Positions 10,819-21,206 of a stretch of 64,000 bases of DNA are shown here, piece by piece. Source of the DNA: an uncultured delta proteobacterium. Lineage in GTDB: Bacteria > Desulfobacterota > Desulfomonilia > UBA1062. Every line of letters begins with the position of its first letter. Position 1 is the stretch's first letter. A program made the translations under genes and the position numbers. The stretch spans positions 32,001 through 96,000 of the forward strand of contig CAVVYZ010000030.1 in the NCBI GenBank assembly GCA_963752595.1, written 5' to 3'. The notes below the pieces were generated by a model. The model searched no databases and was not told the DNA's origin. It worked only from the letters and a program-made list of their open reading frames with translations.

Positions 10819-11145
10819 TTACTCCGCAGCGTCCTCATCAGCAACTTCTTCTCTTGCGATGTCCTCGGTGTCCAGGAGATATTCGTCCTTTTCCCTCTCT
10901 TCCTCAGGTTCCACCAGGGAATCAGTATCCACGGATTCGGAAAGGGCATCGCTGTCCTCGGGGAGGACATGCATGTCCGTCTCCACCTTGGAGGGCCAGC
11001 GTTTTCTCTTCTGCTTGAACAGCTGCTTCGTCTCTTTATTGTTCTGGTTTTCTCCGCATGAAGGGCAAATCGGATCGGGCCGCTTGAGGTCATAAAATTT
11101 GCTTTCGCATTTGAAGCACTTGTACCGTGTTCCTAGTTCACCCAC
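10819..11145 (-). CDS. FYDLN-acid domain protein (TIGR02300-like zinc ribbon with acidic tail)
   Basis: LGTRYKCFKCESKFYDLKRPDPICPSCG and an Asp/Glu-rich C-terminus. Confidence 0.85.
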   Translation of the reverse strand: MGELGTRYKCFKCESKFYDLKRPDPICPSCGENQNNKETKQLFKQKRKRWPSKVETDMHVLPEDSDALSESVDTDSLVEPEEEREKDEYLLDTEDIAREEVADEDAAE

Positions 11146-11494
11146 AGGAATCTCCTTTTCTTTGGTTGAAATGCCTTGTTCTTTGTATGTATTTGCCGCA
11201 ATTTTTAACGAATACCCCGTCCGGGCATCTGCTGATTACCTCTACCCAAACCTGATATCGATTGTCCCGACAATCAATATGGATAAGGGATACACCTGTT
11301 CATGTCAAGGCGTAAGATCGGTGGGCAGTGCCTAATGCGTTGCGAATATTCACCAGTGAGTGTGTGCCGGGATAATGTGCGGGATGAGAAGGTCACCAGC
11401 TCAAAACAGCAGGGAATTCATCGGAAGCGGGAATCCTGGAGGTTCCTTCCCTCGCGTGGCAGCTTTTGATGCAACGGATGCACGGTTTATTCAT

Positions 11495-11539
11495 GGTAAC
11501 CGGCTATCAGCTGTCAATGGCAGCGTATAGCCGGTTACC
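11495..11539. terminator. Long stem-loop downstream of cheW (possible terminator or stabiliser)
   Basis: Perfect 13-bp inverted repeat GGTAACCGGCTAT...ATAGCCGGTTACC with inner GCTGTC/GGCAGC stem; no clear U-tract on the minus strand. Confidence 0.5.
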
Positions 11540-11560
11540 GGCAAGGTCGTTTCTTTTGCT

Positions 11561-12100
11561 TTATACCGGGGCAGGATTTTCCGATAGCCGATCCGGTTTT
11601 TCACTGTTGAATGGAATGTCACCGGCCTGTTGTACAAAAAAGAGCTCATCGGCTGAGAAAACCTTATCGATATCGAGGATCAAAATGAATTCATCCTCTC
11701 TCTTCCCCATTCCCTTGAGAAATTCCGTATTGAGCCTAGTACCGATCCTGGGTACAGGTTCGATGTTTTCCGGTTCGATTTCCATCACCTCCTGCACAGA
11801 ATCGGCCAGGGCGCCTATTACGGTCAAACCCTCATCGATATTGATCTCGCAGATTATAATCCTGCTGAGAACTGTTTTCTCTGCTGTGCCGATACCGAAC
11901 TTTTCCTTGAGATCAATCACAGGAACCACCGATCCTCTTAAATTGATAACACCCTTCATGAAGTTAAAGGCCTGTGGTACCTTCGTGATCTTCGTGTAAT
12001 CAAGGACTTCTCTAACCCGTGAGATTTCCAGAGCGAACTCTTCCTCATCAAGGTTAAACGAGAGATACTGCGTCGTCACAGTTATTCCCTTAACGCTCAT
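11561..12100 (-). CDS. cheW: Chemotaxis coupling protein CheW
   Basis: QYLSFNLDEEEFALEI..VREV, GVINLRGSVVPVIDL, GALADSV.EV, LILDIDK. Confidence 0.95.
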   Translation of the reverse strand: MSVKGITVTTQYLSFNLDEEEFALEISRVREVLDYTKITKVPQAFNFMKGVINLRGSVVPVIDLKEKFGIGTAEKTVLSRIIICEINIDEGLTVIGALADSVQEVMEIEPENIEPVPRIGTRLNTEFLKGMGKREDEFILILDIDKVFSADELFFVQQAGDIPFNSEKPDRLSENPAPV

Positions 12101-12220
12101 CGCCTTCTCCTTATTTATTAATTATCTCTAATACATCCTTTAATTCCGGCATTGTCGTGTGGTGCACAAGGGGATGAAGCTCAAGAATGGCGACTCCCCA
12201 TATAACACTCCTCCATTCGA

Positions 12221-14248
12221 TTAGTAGCGCTCGAACTCTTCATCCTTCTTGTCATTATTGGACTCGGTATGATTCATATCCAGGATAACCCCGGATTTCT
12301 GATCCTGATGGGGTATTGTCTTGGTAACCTGGGTGCACTTCCCATCATTCAGGTGGGCTATATGGGAAGGATGGGATAGAGAACTTTTTCTTGAGTTCCG
12401 GTGGGTAACGCCCTTCTGCCCCTCCAGATTACCGATATTGAAGAACGAAATAGCTTCCTGGAGCTGTTGTGCCTGGGATGAGAGCTCTTCAGAGGTAGAG
12501 GACATTTCTTCCGAAGCAGAGGCATTCTGCTGTACGACCTGGTTGAGCTGCTGGATGGCAGCATTGATCTGTTCTGCCCCGGTATTCTGTTCGTTGCTTG
12601 CCGCACTGATCTCCTGAACGAGCTGGGATGTTTTCTGGATGTCGGGAACGATCTGAGTGAGCAGCGAGCCGGCCTTCTCTGCCACCTGGACACTGCTCGA
12701 AGACAGATTGCTTATTTCTCCTGCAGCATCGGCTGATCTTTCTGCAAGCCGACGGACAGCTGCTGCCACGACCGCGAACCCTTTCCCTGCCTCACCTGCC
12801 CGTGCAGCCTCGATTGCTGCGTTCAGGGCAAGGAGATCCGTCTGGCGGGCAATCTCTTCGATGATTGCAATTTTATCGGCTATGGTCTTCATTGCGGTTA
12901 CGGTTTCTTCAACGGCTGTCCCGCCTTCTTTGGCATCCTGGGCTGATTTGACGGCGATCTTTTCTGTCTGCAGGGCATTGTCGGCATTCTGCCGGATATT
13001 GGAGGACATCTGCTCCATGGAGGAAGAAGCCTCTTCGGCAGCAGCCGCCTGCTCGCTCGCGCCCTGGGACATCTGCTCTGCGGTGGAGCTCAGCTCCTCG
13101 CTTCCTGCTGCAACATTGTCTGCAGCGGCATAGACATCGGCGACAATGCCCCGAAGCCGCTCGATCATGATTCTCATAGCATCGGCAAGCTGGCCGATCT
13201 CATCCTTCTGATGTACGTCGATATCTGCCGTGAGATCCCCTTCGGAGACTTTTATGGCAAAGTCTACGCCCTTCTGTAATGCTTTTGTAATGATCTTTGA
13301 AAGCAGGAAGAGGATGACAAAGGCACCTGCAAAGAACAACATTGCCACTACTGCAATTATATACCGGAATTGAATGATAGGAGCCAGAAATTCCTTATCG
13401 GGAAGTGACAGTCCGATGCTCCACCCAGTCATTTTGACCGGAGCGAATCCGCCGGTCTTGGCAATGCCGTTAAAGACATACTGATCGACCCCTGCCTGGC
13501 CGGATATCATCTTTTTCGTGATCTCCTCCATGCCTTTGAGTTCTGCCAGGTTGAGCTTCAGTATGTTCTCTTTCGTCGGATGGGCAATTAAAATCCCTTC
13601 CTTGTCGACCATGTACCCGTAGCCTGTCTGGCCTACCTTGGTGTTCACAATCATGGTGTTGAAGTAGCCTATGTCAAGGACGTTCGCAACCATGCCCACG
13701 ATCTTTCCGTCTGCATAGACCGGTGCTGCAATGGGGATAAAGGGATCGTTGGTCACCTTGTTGAGATTTGCCTTTCCGATATTGGCCTTGCCCGTTATGG
13801 CATCCTTGAAGTAATCTCTGTCTGCAAGAGATAATCCAATGAAATTATTCTGGGAAGCGGCAAAAACTGCACCGTCTTTCCCGGTGACGCACACCACCTG
13901 GGAATTGTCGCGTAAGCCCTCTGTGTCGGCGAATTTCTGAAGCTGCTGATTCAGGGCTCCTATCTCTGCCTGGGCGTTATTCGCACCACCGGATTCGACC
14001 GCAGCAGCAGCCCTGACAAGACTATTGCTCACCGAGAGATCCAGCACTGCCTTCATTTCCGCCTTCAGGGTATTTTCTATACCCTCGGCCATGGATTTCG
14101 TGATCCCGGCAAGTTCCTCGTTCTCGATAGCCGTAAGCCCTTTCGTTGCCTTGTCCACAGAAATATAACCAACCGTTGCCAAAGGCAACAGCAGTATCAC
14201 TGATCCCACGATAATGAGTTTTGCTCCTAATTTTAAATTCTTAAACAT
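12221..14248 (-). CDS. Methyl-accepting chemotaxis protein (TM-Cache-TM-HAMP-signalling domain)
   Basis: Two TM helices, Cache motifs (DRDYFK, GYGYMVD..G.LIAHP), HAMP DEIGQL, signalling [27 protein letters not shown]; C-terminal EFERY pentapeptide. Confidence 0.95.
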   Translation of the reverse strand: MFKNLKLGAKLIIVGSVILLLPLATVGYISVDKATKGLTAIENEELAGITKSMAEGIENTLKAEMKAVLDLSVSNSLVRAAAAVESGGANNAQAEIGALNQQLQKFADTEGLRDNSQVVCVTGKDGAVFAASQNNFIGLSLADRDYFKDAITGKANIGKANLNKVTNDPFIPIAAPVYADGKIVGMVANVLDIGYFNTMIVNTKVGQTGYGYMVDKEGILIAHPTKENILKLNLAELKGMEEITKKMISGQAGVDQYVFNGIAKTGGFAPVKMTGWSIGLSLPDKEFLAPIIQFRYIIAVVAMLFFAGAFVILFLLSKIITKALQKGVDFAIKVSEGDLTADIDVHQKDEIGQLADAMRIMIERLRGIVADVYAAADNVAAGSEELSSTAEQMSQGASEQAAAAEEASSSMEQMSSNIRQNADNALQTEKIAVKSAQDAKEGGTAVEETVTAMKTIADKIAIIEEIARQTDLLALNAAIEAARAGEAGKGFAVVAAAVRRLAERSADAAGEISNLSSSSVQVAEKAGSLLTQIVPDIQKTSQLVQEISAASNEQNTGAEQINAAIQQLNQVVQQNASASEEMSSTSEELSSQAQQLQEAISFFNIGNLEGQKGVTHRNSRKSSLSHPSHIAHLNDGKCTQVTKTIPHQDQKSGVILDMNHTESNNDKKDEEFERY

Positions 14249-14622
14249 GGTAAACCCCCTTGGATGCATGAGCCTGGGAAAGAGTTAGTACCCTTGATCT
14301 TGAATCCATGAACAGTGCTTCCTTGGTCACAGTAGTCATCTTTACATTCCCCCCTTGGATTGTTTTGTAGCACAGGCAAGGACCCTTTTGCCGTTCAACG
14401 CAATCGATTGCCTGTTTATGGATTGACAGCCACTACATAAGCTGTTTCCCTTTCCACCTGAGCATTTAGCAAGGATGTAATCCTTGCGGTCATAATTTTT
14501 GGTAATAAAAACCAAATATTCTCAGTTGCTATTTAATATCGGAATATATGAGTGTTGCGAATGATAATGAAAGAATTCTTATGAATTAGTGTAGTTAAAC
14601 CACTAATTTATCGAGATGGCTT

Positions 14623-15675
14623 TTATTTTAGATTATAAAGGTAAGCCCTCATATTTATCTTTTTTCCTTTCAGGCCTATCTTCCTCCTGATGTTGTATCT
14701 ATAGGATATGACTGTGTAGACAGAGATGTTCAAAAGCTTTGCAATCTCCTTGGAGGATTTGCCCTCTTTAATGAGGGAAGCCACCTGGATTTCATTCGGA
14801 CTCAGACCAAGGTATTCGGACGAAAGCTCTTTGACAAAGGGTGAGGTTATGTCTTTCAAATGGACCTCGACCTCGGAGAGCAATGCCCTTTGGTTTTCAT
14901 TCAAGCTGGTCGCTTCCAGCCTTTCAAGAAAGGGAAGGACTGATGACTTCATGTTTGAAAGGATGCTCACTTCGATTTCAGCCTTATCTTCATTCCTCTG
15001 TTTGAACAGAACCTTCAAGGCTGTGTTCATCTCTTCGAGTTCCCGCTGGCTCTCCTCGATCTCCACTTCTCTTGCTCTCAAGGCATATTCTATTTTAATC
15101 CGCTCCTCGATCTCCTGCCGGAGACGCTCGACCGAGTCTGTAAGTCTTTCTGTACGTTCGGCGACAATTTTTTCGAGATGAAAATTATATTCCGCCAGTG
15201 CTTCCTCAGCCAGCTTTTTTTCGGTGATATCAAGGGAAAGACTAGCCAGATAAAGCGGATTTCCGCTTCCTTGATCTTTAATGAGTAGTGCAACGGCATA
15301 CACGTCAGTCATCTTGCCTGTCTTTATATTTTTATACTGAAGATCGCCCTCCCAAATGCCGTTTATAGTAACTGCAGGAACGATCTGGTCTCTTATGATA
15401 TCCAAATGATTTTCAGGAATAATATCGTAAACGGAATGCTTGCCGATCTCTTCCCGAGGTATGCCCACTATCCTGCTGCATGCTTCGTTAATAAAAACCA
15501 GCCGGCCATGGAGATCGGATATGCTGATGATCGCGCTTGTATTTTGTACGACAAGGGCCAGTACCTGCATTTCCTCATCTGCCCACCTCTGTTTACCACT
15601 CTTCTCCGGACACTCTTCCGGCGTCATAAAGCTTGTTTTCGGATCTGCATCAAATCTTTCATCTTGTTGTGTCAT
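14623..15675 (-). CDS. PAS-LuxR family transcriptional regulator
   Basis: PAS/PAC ending DITEKK, coiled coil, LuxR HTH LSPNEIQVASLIKEGKSSKEIA.LLNIS..TV...R.NIRRK. Confidence 0.92.
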   Translation of the reverse strand: MTQQDERFDADPKTSFMTPEECPEKSGKQRWADEEMQVLALVVQNTSAIISISDLHGRLVFINEACSRIVGIPREEIGKHSVYDIIPENHLDIIRDQIVPAVTINGIWEGDLQYKNIKTGKMTDVYAVALLIKDQGSGNPLYLASLSLDITEKKLAEEALAEYNFHLEKIVAERTERLTDSVERLRQEIEERIKIEYALRAREVEIEESQRELEEMNTALKVLFKQRNEDKAEIEVSILSNMKSSVLPFLERLEATSLNENQRALLSEVEVHLKDITSPFVKELSSEYLGLSPNEIQVASLIKEGKSSKEIAKLLNISVYTVISYRYNIRRKIGLKGKKINMRAYLYNLK

Positions 15676-16249
15676 CCCTTTAGGTTCTCCATCACTCTAT
15701 TTGCACGCCACGTATAAAGTGTTCCTCTTTCCGGATACATTCAAAGGAGCCCGGCCTCTAATAACTGGATGACATATTTTCCGGTCTCGTGTTCGGATAT
15801 TGTGGTAAGAAATGTACTAAAAGGTAAGTTTTTGGAAAAATAATGACTTAAGAGCAGGGGGCACTTTTCATAGTGCTTTGGTTCGGATGATGCTTGCATG
15901 TTATGTAGCCTCTCGGTTGGAAGTCATTCGAGCATAGCTCTTTCAGTGAGAGGTATCCAGCTTAACCGAACAATCAATAAGTTACCCTATAGCTTCCGTT
16001 TACTGAGGCAATGCTGTCCTGGGAAAGCCAACCATTTTTTTTAAATGATTAATAAAATGGCATCGCTGATTAAATATGTCAACATCAGCAAACGTGCCTT
16101 ACGGAACTTGTGTAAAGGAGATATCAGGTAACTTATTGGTAAGATCATGGTCTCAGCCTATCCTTCCATAATCCGGCTGAAATCTTTTAGAGCGCATTCT
16201 GCAACAATCCTTCTTGAAAACACCGCTGATATGAAATAGATCTCCTAGC

Positions 16250-18097
16250 ATGAATCAGTTCGACATCATTATCATCGGCGCGGGCCATGCAGGCGCAGAA
16301 GCTGCATTTGCCGCCTCGAAATCCGGCTTGAGCGTTGCGCTCTTCACGATGAATATGGACACCGTGGGAAGGATGCCCTGCAGCCCGTCCATCGGAGGCC
16401 TTGCCAAGAGCCACCTGGTCAAGGAGATCGATGCCCTGGGAGGGATCATGGCCGAGGCAGCCGATGAAACCGCGATCCAGTACCGGGTTCTCAATACGAA
16501 GAAAGGCCCGGCAGTCCGGGCCACAAGGACGCAGAATGACAGAAGGCTCTATGAGGCAGCGGTCAAATCACGGCTGGAGAAGGCCGGCATTCATTTGCGG
16601 CAGGCGCATATCGACCGCATCGAGGTAAAAGAGGGAAAGGTAACCGGGGTTACGGATCATACAGACATGTTTTTTTCAGCCAGTGCCGTCATTATTGCGG
16701 CAGGCACGTTTCTCGCGGGTACTATCCATATAGGTGACAGAAGGTTCCCTGCAGGCAGGGCAGGCGAAGAAGGATCATATGAGCTCGCAGAGAACCTCAA
16801 GTCGCTTGGATTGGTCATGGGCAGACTCAAGACAGGCACCCCGCCGAGGCTGCATATGGATACCATCGATCACGCCTCTTTGCAGAGGCATGACCCCCTC
16901 GAGCACTGCATGCCCTTTGCGTTCGGCTCCAGGGGCTCAACTCTGCCCCAGCTCCCGTGCTACCTGGCCAAGACGACACCTGAGACTCATGAGATCATCC
17001 GCAGCAACATCGGATTGAGTCCGCTGTACTCCGGTGCCATTACGGGAACGCCCGCCCGGTATTGCCCATCTCTCGAAGACAAGGTGATGCGGTTCGGCGA
17101 CCGGCAGGGCCACCAGGTCATCATAGAGCCGGAGGGCTTAAGCACGCGGGAAGTCTATGCATCGGGGCTGGGCAACTCTTTGCCCGTGGACCTCCAGTGG
17201 CAGATCGTCCGGTCCGTTCCCGGGCTGGAGAAGGCGGAAATCATCAGGCCGGCGTATGCCATCGAATATGACTATATCCTGCCTACCCAGCTTCTTCGCA
17301 CCCTCGAAACGAAGATCGTGAAAGGACTTTACCTTGCCGGCCAGGTCAACGGGACCTCCGGGTACGAGGAGGCGGCAGCACAGGGGCTCATGGCAGGAAT
17401 CAGTGCGTGTTTGAAGATCAAAGGAGAAGAGCCTTTTATCCTGGACAGGTCCGAGGCCTATATTGCAGTCATGATTGACGACCTCGTAACCAAAGGCACA
17501 TCCGAGCCTTACCGCATGTTCACCTCCCGGGCAGAGTACCGCCTTCTGCTCCGGGAAACCAATGCCCTCTTCAGGATTACCGGCAAGGCCCATGCGTTAG
17601 GCCTCATCACCCAGGAACGGAGGTCGCAAGTTCACGATGTCCTCAAGGAGATGGAGGAGCTTGACAATCATCTCGGCAGGACGTCTATCGTGATCCCCCG
17701 GGATATGCCTTCTGTAGTGCCGACGCGCGGGGCGGAAAGCGAGCGGATCAGCCTGAAAAAGCTCCTGAAAAGGCCCGAAGTGAGCATTGACGACCTCGCG
17801 AAAGCAGGCTTCACCCCCTCGGCAAGCCCCATATGTGCCGTCGAGGTGGAAGTGGGCATCAAGTACGAAGGCTACATATCTCGGCAGATAAGGGATATCG
17901 CACACTTCAAAGAGATGGAGCGGATGAGGATACCGGATGCACTCGATTATAACAAGATCGAAGGGCTTTCCAATGAGCTCAAAGTAAGGCTGATGGAGAT
18001 CCGGCCCTTTACGCTGGGCCAGGCGGCGCTTATCGAAGGGATGACCCCTGCGGGGCTTCAGGCACTGAAGGTCGGCATCAGAGCTTCATCTTCCTGA
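16250..18097 (+). CDS. mnmG: tRNA uridine-5-carboxymethylaminomethyl(34) synthesis enzyme MnmG (GidA)
   Basis: [69 protein letters not shown]. Confidence 0.97.
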   Translation: MNQFDIIIIGAGHAGAEAAFAASKSGLSVALFTMNMDTVGRMPCSPSIGGLAKSHLVKEIDALGGIMAEAADETAIQYRVLNTKKGPAVRATRTQNDRRLYEAAVKSRLEKAGIHLRQAHIDRIEVKEGKVTGVTDHTDMFFSASAVIIAAGTFLAGTIHIGDRRFPAGRAGEEGSYELAENLKSLGLVMGRLKTGTPPRLHMDTIDHASLQRHDPLEHCMPFAFGSRGSTLPQLPCYLAKTTPETHEIIRSNIGLSPLYSGAITGTPARYCPSLEDKVMRFGDRQGHQVIIEPEGLSTREVYASGLGNSLPVDLQWQIVRSVPGLEKAEIIRPAYAIEYDYILPTQLLRTLETKIVKGLYLAGQVNGTSGYEEAAAQGLMAGISACLKIKGEEPFILDRSEAYIAVMIDDLVTKGTSEPYRMFTSRAEYRLLLRETNALFRITGKAHALGLITQERRSQVHDVLKEMEELDNHLGRTSIVIPRDMPSVVPTRGAESERISLKKLLKRPEVSIDDLAKAGFTPSASPICAVEVEVGIKYEGYISRQIRDIAHFKEMERMRIPDALDYNKIEGLSNELKVRLMEIRPFTLGQAALIEGMTPAGLQALKVGIRASSS

Positions 18098-19244
18098 CGG
18101 ACGAAAGTATCTCAAGCTGCCTTTTGAATACATAGTGCTGGAGATGTTGAATATCAGCGGCATGCAGCTTTATGGACAGCCCATAAGAGAAATCGCTGTC
18201 CGTGAGCTCTTCTTTGAAGACGACTTCTGCGGTGCCGAGCAGGGTTTGATTCAAAGGGGCAGGCTCCACAGGGAAGATCTGGGTATTGTCCATCACTGCA
18301 TGGGGAAGGGCCTGATAGGTCGGCAGCGTCAGGGAGATGGGATAGATCTTTTCTTTCTGAAGACCTTCATAAGGTATCGCCAGGCCTACCCCTCCCTCGC
18401 TGATATCCCGGACCGGGATGTGAAGCGTCTGATGATCGCGGGGAAGGACGTGGATAATGACAGGGTCTTTCGGGTCCGGCTCCACGCGTATGAACTGACG
18501 TTTCTGCTCGTATATCCTTTCCGGAAGAAACGCGACGATCCTGCCCTGATACAGGGTATCCACGCGGAGATCAAAACCCATGGTCTCTTCATGATGGGTA
18601 AAGAAGCCTGAAAGAGGTTTGCCCATTCCCATCTGCGTGTAGAGCTCTATGAACTCGTCGGGCCTGAAATTATCTAAAACGAGCTTGGGCTCGAAATCAC
18701 CTGTTATCTGAATGATCTCTCCGGTGACGGTGATCGTCGGGAGATCTTCCTGGAACTGGCACGTGAACAGGATCCTTCCTCGCTCCCTGATGATGTTCTG
18801 GAATAAGGCCTTGATCTCGGCAGGATCCTGCGAAGGTTTGGTGTAGGGTTCCTGGGGCGCCTTATGCAAAGACGCATGTACGTTGGACATGTCCTGGCAT
18901 TTCTGGAGAAACGTGACGAATCCCAGCGCCGTGATCTTGGAGATCCCGGATGAGTCGAGAAAGAGGATTCCCTGGGAAGCATACTGCAGGATGTCAAATT
19001 CTTTGATTTCTGAACCGGAATAGACAATGATGGGACCCACAATACCGCGATTCCGGATATGGGTTACGGTGTCCTGGAAGTTCCAGTAAAAAGGCAGGAC
19101 CACGATGTCCCTTGGAGAGCCCTGCTTGAGCAGTTCATAAACCATGGCCGCAATATCCATGATCCTGCAGGGGAACTCATCGCCCTTGATTCCGAGGTCC
19201 CTTGCATCATCCTGGGTAATCCAAACAGTCGCTTTTCCGATCAT
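18078..19244 (-). CDS. PilZ domain-containing protein (putative c-di-GMP receptor)
   Basis: C-terminal QKRQFIRV (RxxxR) and DISEGG (DxSxxG) motifs. Confidence 0.85.
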   Translation of the reverse strand: MIGKATVWITQDDARDLGIKGDEFPCRIMDIAAMVYELLKQGSPRDIVVLPFYWNFQDTVTHIRNRGIVGPIIVYSGSEIKEFDILQYASQGILFLDSSGISKITALGFVTFLQKCQDMSNVHASLHKAPQEPYTKPSQDPAEIKALFQNIIRERGRILFTCQFQEDLPTITVTGEIIQITGDFEPKLVLDNFRPDEFIELYTQMGMGKPLSGFFTHHEETMGFDLRVDTLYQGRIVAFLPERIYEQKRQFIRVEPDPKDPVIIHVLPRDHQTLHIPVRDISEGGVGLAIPYEGLQKEKIYPISLTLPTYQALPHAVMDNTQIFPVEPAPLNQTLLGTAEVVFKEELTDSDFSYGLSIKLHAADIQHLQHYVFKRQLEILSSVRKMKL

Positions 19245-19261
19245 GGCTCTCCTGTATGAAG

Positions 19262-20029
19262 CTATTCGAGGTCGTCGAGACGCTGCTGCGCCATGGCGCC
19301 GTAAACGCCGTTCGGGTCGAGCGTGACCACTTCATGTAAGAATTTGATCGCTTCCTTCTTTTCTCCCCTCTTGATGAGGAGCTGGGAGAGGCCCCAGTAA
19401 GCCTCGACATATCCGTTGAACTCGAGAATCGCGTGATTGAAGCCCTCGATAGCCTGCCTCTCGTCACCCTGCTTGATGAATATCTGCGCTGAGATATTCC
19501 ATGCAGGGGCATAATGCGGATTGCTGTCCAGAGCCAGCCGGGCAGCCTTCTGGGCATCCTCGTACCGGTCCATGTCCAAATAGACCGATGCGAGGTTGAA
19601 GTATGCATATTCGGGTGTCACATAGAGTTCGTCTTTGACCGCATTCTTGAAGGCGCTTACGGCCTCCTCTTTCTGACCTTTGAGCACCAGGATAGAGCCT
19701 TTCAGATTATAGGCCTCGCTCTTCAATCCCGGGTGATCCAGGCCGAGATTGTCTGCATAGTGGATCGCCTTGTCGACATTCTCCAGGGCTCTGTCATATT
19801 TTTCGGATTTCCAGTAGGCAAGGGTGAATGCATAGTAGACCTCGGGATCGCTCGGGTTTGCCTCGAGCCCCCTTCTCAGTTCAACGAGCGCTCCCTGGGT
19901 ATCGTCCTTCTCAATCTTTCCCATGGCCAAGGATACAAAAGGCTTGGAAAGAGAACGCTTTTCCTTGAAGGATGCAGCGCAGCCCATGATCAGGGCAATG
20001 ATAAAGATAGAAACAATGCTTTTTTTCAT
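19262..20029 (-). CDS. TPR-repeat lipoprotein (PilF/PilW-like)
   Basis: Signal peptide with lipobox LIMGC, multiple TPRs, LYVTPEYAYFNL motif like type IV pilus pilotins. Confidence 0.75.
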   Translation of the reverse strand: MKKSIVSIFIIALIMGCAASFKEKRSLSKPFVSLAMGKIEKDDTQGALVELRRGLEANPSDPEVYYAFTLAYWKSEKYDRALENVDKAIHYADNLGLDHPGLKSEAYNLKGSILVLKGQKEEAVSAFKNAVKDELYVTPEYAYFNLASVYLDMDRYEDAQKAARLALDSNPHYAPAWNISAQIFIKQGDERQAIEGFNHAILEFNGYVEAYWGLSQLLIKRGEKKEAIKFLHEVVTLDPNGVYGAMAQQRLDDLE

Positions 20030-20371
20030 CTTGACCGCCTCATATGTTATTACGTTCCCTATCGACCGGTTCCGCAGAAATATCAAAAGCAGCAGGGAAC
20101 CTTTTTCCCTGAATGCGTTACTATACCATAACCTGAACCCGGACAATATCACTTCCTATGGAATAGCTGGAAATCGATCATGCAATGGGCTTGGTGCAGT
20201 GCGATTTTTTTGAATTATAGGGTATTCATTGCCGTGAAAGTTACAGCATTGGCTGCTGCAGGGAGCGCGCATTTTTTTAAGCAGGTCAATTCTTCCTAGC
20301 CGGTGGCCGGCAGGGCGGTCGTAAGGAGGTGCATGTGTCAATCGCCTGCCCCTCGGGCAGCAGCGCCTAGC

Positions 20372-21088
20372 TTAAAACCCGCTCCGAATAATGCCGAAGA
20401 CCGGAATCTTTAGCACAGGGGATGTTTTGCTGTTTGTCTGGAGATAGATGTTGTCAATATACCAGCCCTTGTCTTGTTTTAGATTATATACGGTCAACTG
20501 GTATTTGATACCGTCCGGCTGATTCATTTCAACCAGGTCGTAGCGTATATTGTCTCCTTTTTCAGCCCTCGTTCCCAAGACTTTAAAAGGGTTTTCGTTT
20601 GTGGAAGCTATCGTCAGCATCTGCTTTATTTCCTGACCGGCATTGCCGGTCAGCTTTGCCTCGGCTGGATTTATGCGGGCAAACGGTTTTACTTCGCCCG
20701 AAATAACCAGGCTGAACTCCGGCTTCTTTTTGTCATTTGTCCGGACGACCATGGTTTTTGAAATATGCTGCCCGCTATAGCCGCTTGTATCCAGCTCAAT
20801 GGCTATTTTCCCCTCACCTCCGGCAGGGATCCGCTTCGGGTAAGAGACTGTCGTGCACCCGCAGTCCGGTTTCACTTCCATGAGGTCGAGAGCGGATTCC
20901 CCTTTATTCAGCACGGCAAAGTCATGCCGCACTTCCTGTCCATCGACGACGGGTGAAAACTCAAAGGTTTCCTCCGGTACATAGACCTGAGGCGAAGCCG
21001 GTGTTTTTGTCCCGTCATGGTGAGAGCGGAACCAGAAAAAGATGATGAAAAAAAGAAGTACAAAAACCGCAATAAATTTTGTTTTCAT
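20372..21088 (-). CDS. DUF1573 domain-containing protein
   Basis: N-terminal TM; HDF.V.N.G...L....V.PDCGCT, I.AG.EG.I, V.TND Ig-like pattern. Confidence 0.85.
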   Translation of the reverse strand: MKTKFIAVFVLLFFIIFFWFRSHHDGTKTPASPQVYVPEETFEFSPVVDGQEVRHDFAVLNKGESALDLMEVKPDCGCTTVSYPKRIPAGGEGKIAIELDTSGYSGQHISKTMVVRTNDKKKPEFSLVISGEVKPFARINPAEAKLTGNAGQEIKQMLTIASTNENPFKVLGTRAEKGDNIRYDLVEMNQPDGIKYQLTVYNLKQDKGWYIDNIYLQTNSKTSPVLKIPVFGIIRSGF

Positions 21089-21206
21089 TTTATCGCGTGG
21101 ACGTGCAGATAATATAAACCCAGGCTGTTTTCACGAGATCGAATTCACTTTAGGTAAAGATTTATCCACAAAAAGATCATTTGGAACAGCCTTATCCACC
21201 TTGGAT

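Noticed and set aside
11380-11465. Cobalamin riboswitch suggested by AGGGAA
   Set aside because: No B12-box or conserved downstream elements, and no gene follows on that strand
15930-16035. c-di-GMP-I riboswitch-like words on the minus strand (ACGGAAGCTATAGGGT...AGCTGGATACC)
   Set aside because: The GGCAAA/GNRA-tetraloop P2 stem is missing and P3 pairing is unconvincing; an Infernal RF01051 scan would settle it
15676-16249. Possible oriC upstream of mnmG (gidA)
   Set aside because: No cluster of TTATCCACA boxes, and no dnaA, rsmG or parAB nearby
20322-20413. Perfect SD (TAAGGAGGT) followed by short plus-strand ORFs
   Set aside because: SD-start spacing is only 2-4 nt, and the ORFs are 11-26 codons, partly antisense to DUF1573; at most a remnant
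20850-20870. Selenocysteine recoding in the DUF1573 CxC motif
   Set aside because: Both residues are ordinary Cys codons and the ORF is uninterrupted
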